Source of the DNA: Polyangia bacterium
Lineage (GTDB): Bacteria > Myxococcota_A > Polyangia > JAAYKL01
NCBI GenBank assembly: GCA_050287845.1
Contig: JBNKCR010000055.1
Location: 186,637-250,636, forward strand
Length of the DNA stretch: 64,000 nucleotides
Direction: 5' to 3'
Under the pieces are notes generated by a model that saw nothing but the letters and a program-made list of their open reading frames with translations, made no database searches and was not told where the DNA came from. Numbering within the stretch: position 1 is the first letter of the stretch; the number at the start of each line of letters is the position of its first letter. This document shows, piece after piece, positions 9,638 through 18,434 of this stretch. Position numbers and translations under genes: made by a program.

Positions 9638-11026
9638 TTATGATTTATAGTCGGATTTCAGATCAACGGCTTTCATCTGATGCGCCAGTGCATGACGGGA
9701 CAGGCCCAGCAGCCGCGCGGCTTCCTGCTTTGTATGCCCCCGTCGGAGCGCCTCTTCGATGAGCATGCGGGTGACCGATCGGGTGACATCGTGGAGTGTT
9801 TCATTTTCGGGGAAAGAGACAGTGATATGCCAGCTTTTTTCATCTGTTTCGGATAGCGGCAGATCGCCCCCCTCGATTTGAAGTTCGTGCCCCAGTATCA
9901 GGGTCCGTTCCAGCACATTGCGCAATTCTCTGATATTGCCCGGCCAGTGATAATGCATCAGACGATCGGCAGCGGACCTGGCCAACGACGGTCGGTGGGA
10001 GAGTCCCAGATCGGATGCAAGGGTCTCCAGAATTTCCTTTGCCAGGGGGACGATGTCACCTTTCCGTTCCCGAAGCGGAGGAAGGTGAATGGGGAGCAGA
10101 TTGATTCGGTAATACAGTTCTTCAAGGAATTGGCCTTCTGCCAGCATCTTGTCCAGAGAAGAACGACAGCTGATGAGGATGCGGGTATCCAGGGGAATCA
10201 GTTCCTCACCGCCAACACGCAGGATGGCTTTGGTTTCAAGATAACTGAGAATGCGCGCCTGGAGGGGCAACGCCATACTCTCCACTTCGTTTATCAGCAG
10301 TGACCCGCTGTCTGCCAGTTCCAGAAGACCTTTTTTCCGGCTATGATTGTTTTCAGCGACTCCCGGCTCATGGCCGAACAGCTCCAGTTCCGCCGCCTGG
10401 GGGGTCAACGCCGCGAGGTTGATGGAAAAAAACGGGCCTTTTCCGCGATTGGAGTGGCTGTGAATCCAACGGGCCAAATGCTCCTTGCCAACGCCGTTTT
10501 CCCCCATGAGGAGCACGGGGCTCTTTTGCCCGGCCGCCCGTTCGGCATGGGCGAACGCGTTTTTCATGACCACACTTTTCGCCCGGGCATTTCCGGCTGG
10601 CGACGCCGGGACAATGGAATGGGTGTTGGACGACCGGAGCATCTGAATTTCTTCGTTCAGATGCTTCTTGTTCAGCGCATTGTCCACCGCCAGCAGCACT
10701 TCTTCGGTTTCACACGGCTTCGACAGGTAGTCCACCGCGCCCCGTTGAGCGCTCAGTACCGCACTTTTTATGGAAGCGTGTCCGGTGATGATGATGAACT
10801 GCGAGGTGGTGTCATTCTTTTTCAACTCCGCCACGAGTTCGATGCCGTCGGCATCCGGGAGGTTTTTATCCATAAGGATGACATCAGGGCAGAATTTCAC
10901 CATGGCATCCCGGGCGTCGCCGGCGTTATACACCACTCTGGTCCTGTATCCGAACCTGGTGAGGAGCGTATCGAGAAATCGGGCGTATTCCTTCTGGTCA
11001 TCAACAATAAGAACGGTTCCCTTCAA
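9638..11026 (-). CDS. NtrC-family response regulator (REC-AAA-HTH) lacking GAFTGA
   Basis: REC (VLIVDD, ILMDKNLP, KP), Walker A GENGVGKE, WPGNIRELRN, HTH; TTG start at 11026 after GGAG. Confidence 0.88.
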   Translation of the reverse strand: MKGTVLIVDDQKEYARFLDTLLTRFGYRTRVVYNAGDARDAMVKFCPDVILMDKNLPDADGIELVAELKKNDTTSQFIIITGHASIKSAVLSAQRGAVDYLSKPCETEEVLLAVDNALNKKHLNEEIQMLRSSNTHSIVPASPAGNARAKSVVMKNAFAHAERAAGQKSPVLLMGENGVGKEHLARWIHSHSNRGKGPFFSINLAALTPQAAELELFGHEPGVAENNHSRKKGLLELADSGSLLINEVESMALPLQARILSYLETKAILRVGGEELIPLDTRILISCRSSLDKMLAEGQFLEELYYRINLLPIHLPPLRERKGDIVPLAKEILETLASDLGLSHRPSLARSAADRLMHYHWPGNIRELRNVLERTLILGHELQIEGGDLPLSETDEKSWHITVSFPENETLHDVTRSVTRMLIEEALRRGHTKQEAARLLGLSRHALAHQMKAVDLKSDYKS

Positions 11027-11241
11027 TTTGAGTTCTCCCCGGTTGGTGATTTGTTTTTCAATGTTAAATGGAAACAACGTCGCATGCGGCGATAATTTAA
11101 GACGTAAAAAATCCATCTCTCGCTGCATCAATTCAGTACACTTTGAGTATACCTATTGAAAATAGCGTCCTCGAAGGAGGGAATCCAGTTTGTTCTTCTG
11201 GTTCCCCGCCTGACTTCGCGGAAATTGGGTTACTCAGGTTT

Positions 11242-11425
11242 CTAGAGCGGCGATCGGTTTGGTTCCGCCAGCGAAATCGCGGGAATACGAGCAGCTTTGC
11301 TGCGCGCCCACAAGGCCCGACCGAGGTGTAGCCATAGCTACATCGACCGAGGGACTGAGGACGAAAGCGCAAAGATGCCGAATTACTGCGATTGCAGTAA
11401 GGAGTCAAACCGGTCGCCGCTCTAG
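11242..11425. repeat. 184-bp nested palindromic element (MITE/REP-like or structured RNA) with CTAG ends
   Basis: 25-nt arms CTAGAGCGGCGATCGGTTTGGTTCC / GGAGTCAAACCGGTCGCCGCTCTAG plus inner stems; 20 nt of an arm recur at 55802. Confidence 0.75.
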
Positions 11426-11469
11426 CTGAGTGATCTGCGTCAATGCTCCCTTATTTAGAGATGAAAGAG

Positions 11470-11865
11470 TTAACTCTCTCGGGGTGTTTCATCGCCAAGG
11501 AGGATTCTGAGGTAGTGTTCGAGGTCCTGGGTATTGATGGGTTTGGGCATCACGTATTCAATACCTTCTTCCATCAGTTTGGCAGTGGCTTTAACGCCAA
11601 GATAGGCAGATTGGACGATAATGGGGATATTTCGAAATCTGGAATCTTCGTTGATTTTTCGGATCAACTGATATCCGTCCATTTCCGGCATCATCAGGTC
11701 GGTGACAATGACTTTGATGTCATCGGGATTCTCTTCCAGAAATTCAAAAGCGGTTTTGCCGTTTCCCGCCTTGATGGGAACGTGCCCCAGCTTTTTGATC
11801 GTTTCCGATATAAGCAGTCTCGATACGACATCATCTTCTGCAACCAGTACTAAGGACATATGCAT
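11470..11865 (-). CDS. Single-domain response regulator (CheY-like receiver)
   Basis: VLVAEDD, VTDLMMPEMDG, PKP; start 11865 or 11859. Confidence 0.9.
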   Translation of the reverse strand: MHMSLVLVAEDDVVSRLLISETIKKLGHVPIKAGNGKTAFEFLEENPDDIKVIVTDLMMPEMDGYQLIRKINEDSRFRNIPIIVQSAYLGVKATAKLMEEGIEYVMPKPINTQDLEHYLRILLGDETPRES

Positions 11866-12055
11866 CCCCCCTTTTTTTAAGTTGCACCAACCTTAAAAAC
11901 CGATGGCCGCCGTCGCTGTGTTCAAAACACGTTATCCCGGTTCGGCTCCGACTCCTGTCGTTCCTCTGAACTCGTCAACAGTTCTCAAACCTGATTTCAT
12001 CCCGCTTCCGGAAACAGATCAGTTTTGAGTTGAACTCTGGAACGAACATTTAATT

Positions 12056-12082
12056 CTATCGGCGTAACCGGATAAAAATAAA
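12056..12082 (-). promoter_or_regulatory. Possible sigma28 promoter for the receiver gene
   Basis: Minus strand GCCGATAG matches the sigma28 -10 box; the -35 position 15 nt upstream (TTTA) only partly matches TAAA. Confidence 0.3.
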
Positions 12083-12133
12083 TACTAAAAATAAAAATTT
12101 AAATCGGATCAAAGCTTAACCTAATTCTGCAAA

Positions 12134-12985
12134 TTGACGTTTAAAGATACTGACAACGAGTGGATTTCAGTTATGCAGCAAAAAATTTTTGATCGATTTC
12201 GAACCATCGCCTATGAAAAAGCGGGTATCAGCCTTGGTGAGCAGAAAAAAGAACTGGTGGCCGCCCGAGTTGCCAAAAGGCAGCGGGCACTGTGCATTCC
12301 GGATGTTGCAGATTACCTTGAGTACCTAGAGACATCGTCAAATGGTCAGGAAATTGTTCATTTCCTCGACGCTATCTCCACCAATTTCACTCATTTCATG
12401 CGCGAAAAGAGTCATTTTGAATTGCTCGCCAGTGAACTGCGGCGGTGGAAAAGTCAGGGGTACAGTCGATTGCGTATCTGGTGCGCGGCGTCATCCAGTG
12501 GCGAGGAACCGTATAGTCTGGCGATTACGGTGTGCGAGGCGTTGGGCACCCCGCTACCCGATGTGAAAATTCTCGCCACGGATATAAATACGACTGTGTT
12601 GAACAAAGCGGCGAATGGTGAATACAGCGGCCAGTCCCTGGAAGTGCTGTCCCGGGCGCAGCGAACAACCTATTTTGATCTGCTTACTCCCAGAGGGGCA
12701 CTGGAACCACGATTTAAAGTAAAACAATCGATTCGTGAATTGCTGGTTTTCAAGAGATTGAATCTGGCGCAGCCGCCGTTTCCCATGACTGGGCCGATGG
12801 ATTATATCTTCTGCAGAAACGTGATGATTTACTTCGACAGGGCAGTGCGGCAACGTTTGATTTCGGACGCGGAACGTCTGCTTGCCCCGGGCGGCCTGCT
12901 GGTAATTGGTCATTCGGAAACACTTACTGGAGTGAACACGGCACTGAAGATAGTGAGACCGTCGGTGTATAGAAAGGTGAACTGA
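12134..12985 (+). CDS. cheR: Chemotaxis methyltransferase CheR
   Basis: STNFTHFMRE, RIWCAASSSGEEPYSLA, ILATDI, IFCRNVMIYFD, GHSETL; start may be 12173. Confidence 0.95.
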   Translation: MTFKDTDNEWISVMQQKIFDRFRTIAYEKAGISLGEQKKELVAARVAKRQRALCIPDVADYLEYLETSSNGQEIVHFLDAISTNFTHFMREKSHFELLASELRRWKSQGYSRLRIWCAASSSGEEPYSLAITVCEALGTPLPDVKILATDINTTVLNKAANGEYSGQSLEVLSRAQRTTYFDLLTPRGALEPRFKVKQSIRELLVFKRLNLAQPPFPMTGPMDYIFCRNVMIYFDRAVRQRLISDAERLLAPGGLLVIGHSETLTGVNTALKIVRPSVYRKVN

Positions 12986-13023
12986 TGGTGTTGGCAACAT
13001 CCGGTATAGGGCCAGGCAATGCA

Positions 13024-13506
13024 ATGGAAAAGTTGATTACAGTCAATATTGCCGACCTGAAAGTATCCAATGAGCATGACAGCGTGCTGGTCACCTATGC
13101 GCTGGGATCCTGCATTGCGGTGATTCTGTACGATCCGATGCAGCGCTGCGGCGGCATGATACATTATATGTTACCTTTATCTGGTAAGTCGCCGGAAAAA
13201 GCCGCTGCCAATCCGGCCATGTTTGCCGATACCGGTATCCCTCTGCTGTTTGAAAAAATGTTTGCCATGGGATGCCGGAAAGAAGATATCATTGTGAAGG
13301 TGACAGGGGGCGGACAGCTTTATGATGACAAGGGAACTTTCAATATTGGCAAGCGGAATTACACGATAATGCGGAAAATGTTCTGGAAAAATAATATCAT
13401 TATTGCCGCTGAAGATGTGGGCGGCGCCAAATCCAGAACAGCGAAGCTGCGAATAGCGGATGGCAGGGTGACCATAAAAATTAAAGGCGTGGAGGAAGTT
13501 CTATGA
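13024..13506 (+). CDS. cheD: Chemoreceptor glutamine deamidase CheD
   Basis: TYALGSCIAV, GGMIHYMLP, FADTG, IGKRN, EDVGG..SR. Confidence 0.95.
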   Translation: MEKLITVNIADLKVSNEHDSVLVTYALGSCIAVILYDPMQRCGGMIHYMLPLSGKSPEKAAANPAMFADTGIPLLFEKMFAMGCRKEDIIVKVTGGGQLYDDKGTFNIGKRNYTIMRKMFWKNNIIIAAEDVGGAKSRTAKLRIADGRVTIKIKGVEEVL

Positions 13507-14348
13507 TTTCGAAAGAAAAAATACTGAAAAAAATAGATAGTCTGCCCACACTGCCCACAGCGGTTGCACAGCTTTCCCGACTGATTGCATCGCCAACGGC
13601 TTCGGCAAAAGATTTTGAAGCGGTTATCAAACCGGACCCGTCGCTGACGGCCAACTTGTTGCGCCTTGCCAACTCAGCGTACTTTGGGCTTCGGCGTGAA
13701 GTGACGTCCGTGAAGCAGGCCATCACATTGCTTGGAAATAAACGGGTGTTTGAGATTTCCGCCAGCGCGGGATTCTCAAAAATCATTCCAGCAAATTTGC
13801 CCGGGTATCGAATTCAATCAGCAGATTTCTGGCTGCACAGCATCGCCGTGGCAGTGCTTTCGGAAAAGCTGGCCGCCGAACTGCGGGTGAAGGCGCCCGG
13901 ATTGCTTTTTACTGCAGGGCTGCTCCATGACCTTGGAAAACTGGCCATCGGTTCGTTTCTCGAAGAAGAGGAAAGCGCATTGCTGGATCGCCTTTCCAAT
14001 GAAGACGTTGCGTTTTCAACCGCTGAAAAAGAACTGCTTGGCACCGATCATTGCGAAGTCGGCGCGGAGCTCGGCCAGCAGTGGGATTTGCCGGATACGG
14101 TGATTTGGACAGCTCGATGGCATCATCAACCCTCGGAAGCAGGAGATGTTGATAGTGTTCTTGTGGATCTGGTACATCTTGCGGATGCTATAGCGCATAT
14201 GTTCGGATATGGGGCAGATGTGGGAGAATTATCACGTACCATTGATAAAGAGGTTGCATCCAGATTGGGATTTGATGTCCATAGTATTGAAGTTGTGAGC
14301 AGTGAGACTGAATCACAGATTCGCGAAATGGGAGATATGTTCAAATGA
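13503..14348 (+). CDS. HDOD domain protein
   Basis: LPTLP, DPSLTANLLRLANSAYFG, FWLHS, GLLHDLGKL, WDLP, HH; ATGA overlap with cheD. Confidence 0.92.
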   Translation: MISKEKILKKIDSLPTLPTAVAQLSRLIASPTASAKDFEAVIKPDPSLTANLLRLANSAYFGLRREVTSVKQAITLLGNKRVFEISASAGFSKIIPANLPGYRIQSADFWLHSIAVAVLSEKLAAELRVKAPGLLFTAGLLHDLGKLAIGSFLEEEESALLDRLSNEDVAFSTAEKELLGTDHCEVGAELGQQWDLPDTVIWTARWHHQPSEAGDVDSVLVDLVHLADAIAHMFGYGADVGELSRTIDKEVASRLGFDVHSIEVVSSETESQIREMGDMFK

Positions 14349-14488
14349 ACAGCGCGGGAGAGGATGAGGACTGATAGATACGGTGGATCCATCAACGAAC
14401 CACGTGCTGCAACGACAGCTTGAAGACGTGCCACGGCTCTTCACCATCACTGAACCTCACTTCATAAAAATCTCCGCCCAGACACAGC

Positions 14489-14524
14489 TGGCACACCCTT
14501 GCGCGTTTCAATTCATCATTTTTT
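14489..14524 (+). repeat. 36-nt dispersed intergenic repeat, copy 1
   Basis: TGGCACACCCTTGCGCGTTTCAATTCATCATTTTTT; matches the reverse complement of 33902-33937 at 35 of 36 positions. Confidence 0.85.
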
Positions 14525-14580
14525 TGCAAAGTTAGGCTTTGTCTCAAAAGGGTAATTGAACCTTTCGATCTTTTGTTTTT

Positions 14581-14658
14581 GCCCCAGAGGGGCCCAGACA
14601 TAATAACTTAGCGCTTATGGGGCTGCCCGGGGCTGATATGCCTGGGCCCCTTCGGGGC
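14581..14658. repeat. REP-like palindrome with GCCCC-N3-GGGGC mini-hairpins at both ends
   Basis: Arms GCCCCAGAGGGGCCCAGACATA and TATGCCTGGGCCCCTTCGGGGC are complementary at 19 of 22 positions. Confidence 0.7.
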
Positions 14659-14827
14659 GGCTTATACCAAAAGAACTTTTGAGCGTTAACTCTGAATTGG
14701 TCTTGATTTTGTATAGCATGGCGCTATGTTATTGTGGTTGACGTCTGATGCGCCTGTGCACCTTCCAAGCCTGGTTTCACTTGAAATACATTGTCCGTTA
14801 CATTGATCGTCAATCGAATTTTATGAA

Positions 14828-17317
14828 ATGGGGTCGACCATGTTAGAGACCGGTCCGCACGGCACCTGTTGTCAAATGAAGGCATGTCCATCTGCTTTAT
14901 TTTCCTTCGACCGCCAGAGTCGCGTCCTTACCTGGGGGCCTGACGCCGAACGTCTATTTGGCTGGACAGCGACAGAGGCGATTGGGAAGGTGCTGCCGAT
15001 TGTTCCCGACGAGGAATTCGAAAATCATTCTCAAATTCGCAGCAGAATTCTGTCCGGGGAGTATGTTTCAGAACTGATGGTGGAACGGCGTCAGAAAAGC
15101 GGCAATAAAGCGACTTTTATTATTGCGCTGCATCCGCTGAAGGACGACTGCGGCACCACAATTGGCGTTATCGAAATGGCCCGCGAAATTTCGCTGCAAC
15201 AGACCATCGAACGGGAGCAGGAACTTGCTGTGAAGTTTTTTGACCAGGTCAACCGCAGCCATTCTACCCGTGAGCTGGTGTCTCACGCAGTTCGTTTTTT
15301 TCGCAGAGAGCTGGATTTTGAAGCGGTGGGCATCCGGCTTGAAGACGGGGATGATTATCCCTACTACGAAACCCATGGTTTCCCCGGGGAATTTGTCCTG
15401 ATGGAAAATTATCTGTGCCGGCGTGATGTAAACGGGGACCCCATTTATGACAAGGACTGTCATCCCGCACTCTCCTGCATGTGCGGCAACGTGATTCGCG
15501 GACGATTTGCCCCGGATAAGCCTTTCTTTACCGAAAATGGCAACTTCTGGTCAAACAACACCACCCGTCTGCTGCAAACCACCAGCAATGCGGATCGGAT
15601 GGCTCACACCCGAAATCGATGCAACGGCGAAGGCTATGAGTCGGTTGGGTTGTTCGCACTGCGAACCGGAGAAAAGTGTCTGGGACTTCTGCAGTTGAAT
15701 GATCATCGCCCAGATCGATTTTCAGTGCGGAGCATCGCCCTGTATGAGCGCTTGGCAGCGCATCTGGCCGTTGCACTGGCGAAAGCGCAGGTTGATGAGG
15801 CGCTGGCACGGTCCGAGTTTCAGTTTCGCCAGCTGGTGGCAAATCTTGATGATGTAGTCTATTCCACAGATATTGATGGAAATATTCTTTTTGTCAGTGC
15901 GGCTATCGAATCGATGCTGGGATTTTCATCGGAAAAATTGACTGGCGAATCATTTTTGTCGCTGGTCTATCCGGAAGACAGGGACAAGGTCCAGGACGCG
16001 CTGGTGCAGATCCGCAGCCAAATGAAAAGCCACTTTGAGTTTCGCACCATCGATAAAAATGGACAGTTGCGTCATTTGCGATCAAATGCACGCATTCGCC
16101 TGAAAGACGGCACACAGGTCGGGATGGACGGTATTATAGTCGACATGACGGATTACCGCCGCATCGAGGAACAGCTCTCTCAGTCACGGCGTCTTGAAGC
16201 AGTGGGACAGCTGGCGGGGGGCATTGCGCACGACTTCAATAATCTGTTGTCAGTGATTCTGAACTACGCGGACTTTGCATTGGAGGCGCTGCCGGACAGC
16301 ACCCCTGCACGTGCACAAATATCCGAAATTCAGCACGCTGGCGAGCGCGCCGCAGCGCTCACAGGGCAGTTGCTGGCATTCAGTCGCAGACAGATACTCA
16401 AGCCCAGAGTAATGAATATCAACGAAAGCATTCACTCCGTTGAACGGATACTGGCCCGACTGATTGGTGAAGATATTGACCTCATTACGCCTCTGGATGA
16501 ATCATTGGGAAAAGTCTTCGCGGATGCCTCCCAGGTGGAACAGATTTTAATGAATTTAAGCATTAATGCCCGCGATGCGATGCCCCGGGGCGGTAGGTTG
16601 ACGATTCAGACGACGACCGCTTCCACTGCCGATATTTCCGAATGCCAGAAGTTGAATATTCCTGCAGATCGAAATTACATATGCCTTTCAGTGGCCGATA
16701 CAGGGTCCGGCATGGACGCACAGACGCAAGAACATATATTTGAACCGTTTTTCACTACCAAGGAAGAGGGGAAAGGCACCGGACTGGGGCTGGCGACTGT
16801 CTACGGCATTGTGAAGCAAAACAATGGCTTTATCGAAGTGGATAGCGCCCCGGGCAAGGGGACAGTCTTTTCTATTTATCTGCCCGAAACAGACTTGTCA
16901 GATGCTGATCGGCCGTCAGACGGTGCGGCAGATGAAAGAAGGCTGGGCCATGAAACAATTCTTCTGGTGGAGGACGAAAAGGTTGTCCAGACGCTGGTCG
17001 CCGCTATGCTCAGCAAATCCGGATACAACATTATCACCGCATCGAATGGTGTGGAGGCGTTCGAGCTGCTTAACGATGACCAGCACAAGAAAATTGACCT
17101 GTTATTGACGGATGTTGTCATGCCCCGGATGGGAGGGCCGGAGCTCGCAGAGGAATTGAAGAAGTTGCGCCCGCAAATTAAAACCCTGTTCATGTCCGGC
17201 TACACAGACAACGCTATTATTCATCGCGGTGTTTCCAGCAATGATGTCGATTTTATCGCAAAACCATTCAGGGCCAATGAACTGACAAACAAAATACGCG
17301 AAATTCTCGATACATGA
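14828..17317 (+). CDS. Hybrid histidine kinase (PAS-GAF-PAS-HisKA-HATPase-REC)
   Basis: GGIAHDFNNLL, QILMNLSINARDAM, DTGSGM, FEPFFTTK, GTGLGLA, LLTDVVMP. Confidence 0.95.
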   Translation: MGSTMLETGPHGTCCQMKACPSALFSFDRQSRVLTWGPDAERLFGWTATEAIGKVLPIVPDEEFENHSQIRSRILSGEYVSELMVERRQKSGNKATFIIALHPLKDDCGTTIGVIEMAREISLQQTIEREQELAVKFFDQVNRSHSTRELVSHAVRFFRRELDFEAVGIRLEDGDDYPYYETHGFPGEFVLMENYLCRRDVNGDPIYDKDCHPALSCMCGNVIRGRFAPDKPFFTENGNFWSNNTTRLLQTTSNADRMAHTRNRCNGEGYESVGLFALRTGEKCLGLLQLNDHRPDRFSVRSIALYERLAAHLAVALAKAQVDEALARSEFQFRQLVANLDDVVYSTDIDGNILFVSAAIESMLGFSSEKLTGESFLSLVYPEDRDKVQDALVQIRSQMKSHFEFRTIDKNGQLRHLRSNARIRLKDGTQVGMDGIIVDMTDYRRIEEQLSQSRRLEAVGQLAGGIAHDFNNLLSVILNYADFALEALPDSTPARAQISEIQHAGERAAALTGQLLAFSRRQILKPRVMNINESIHSVERILARLIGEDIDLITPLDESLGKVFADASQVEQILMNLSINARDAMPRGGRLTIQTTTASTADISECQKLNIPADRNYICLSVADTGSGMDAQTQEHIFEPFFTTKEEGKGTGLGLATVYGIVKQNNGFIEVDSAPGKGTVFSIYLPETDLSDADRPSDGAADERRLGHETILLVEDEKVVQTLVAAMLSKSGYNIITASNGVEAFELLNDDQHKKIDLLLTDVVMPRMGGPELAEELKKLRPQIKTLFMSGYTDNAIIHRGVSSNDVDFIAKPFRANELTNKIREILDT

Positions 17318-17382
17318 GTCGTTGCAGGACTCGCGCAATCGCTTCTGCGCTCTGATTTTTACCTGACATGCGACCATTCCTC

Positions 17383-17616
17383 TCATCCCGTTACCGGGAA
17401 TCCGCTAATGGTTGCGTCTGACCCCGGGGGCAAATAAATGGTGAATGTTGCCCCTTTTCCAGGCGTGGACGCGACGTCGATTTTTCCTGAATGCGTTTCC
17501 ACTATCGTTGTATACGCCATGGAGAGTCCCTGACCGGTGCTTTTACCCACCTCTCTGGTTGTGAAGAACGGATCAAACACTCTATCAATGATTTTGGGGA
17601 TTCCCGATATTTCCAA
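17383..17616 (-). pseudogene. Histidine kinase HATPase C-terminal remnant
   Basis: [26 protein letters not shown]...HSGKI...[11 protein letters not shown] with no upstream H or N box; no room for a full gene before the divergent gene at 17674. Confidence 0.75.
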
Positions 17617-17673
17617 TTGTGAAAATATCAGTTATTCTGTTTTCCATAAAGTATACACAAGCCAGGGGATGAT

Positions 17674-18354
17674 ATGAGCGATACAACAAAGAACCTGTTA
17701 TGCGGAAAATTAAGTTGTTGGGCAATGATTGTGACACTGCTTCTGTCGGGGGCGTTCCTTTCCAGCTGCGACTCCGATACCGGGAGTTTTGGTGGTGGGA
17801 ATAATCCGGATACAACACGCGGCATTGATTTTGATGTGCCCGCCTGTATGGCCACTTTTACCGAAACGTACGAGGCGACAGATTCCTGGGATGACGTTGT
17901 CTATACTATTAAAAAAGGAGAAAAATTGATTCTCGCGGCAATCGATCCCGTGTCGAATGAAGCGATGGTGTATTATCTGAGCGAGGCAGGCCCCTTTGAG
18001 TTTAAGATTGCTCAGAACGACGCGGGTGCGTATCCCTTTGAAACCGATTGTGACGAGAATAGCATCCAGCGTTGTATGGGCGTGTTTGCCGATACAACGA
18101 TTTATGCAGATCAAGAACTGAATACCGAACTTTGTACCGTAGACGCCGGGAAATCAGTTGCCTCATCCAGCTATGGGTTTTCATTGGTGGATGATCTGGC
18201 AAACGGGGATTCTATTTATGAGCTGACCTACAATGCGATTGTGGAAGAATGCGGCGCTTCAACAGGCTATATTCTTGTCCCGGAGGCTGAAATCTTTCCG
18301 AATCTGACTTCCTGGCTGATTCCGCTCCGAACCTATCTGTGTGAAAATGAATAA
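17674..18354 (+). CDS. Hypothetical acidic lipoprotein
   Basis: Signal peptide ending LSSC; 226-aa ORF with GGGGA RBS; no recognisable family. Confidence 0.7.
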   Translation: MSDTTKNLLCGKLSCWAMIVTLLLSGAFLSSCDSDTGSFGGGNNPDTTRGIDFDVPACMATFTETYEATDSWDDVVYTIKKGEKLILAAIDPVSNEAMVYYLSEAGPFEFKIAQNDAGAYPFETDCDENSIQRCMGVFADTTIYADQELNTELCTVDAGKSVASSSYGFSLVDDLANGDSIYELTYNAIVEECGASTGYILVPEAEIFPNLTSWLIPLRTYLCENE

Positions 18355-18434
18355 AATCACTCATCGAAGGGGGAGGGACGCTGCACAATTCGCGTGGCAG
18401 GATCAATCATCCGGGAAGCTCACCCGGATTTCGT

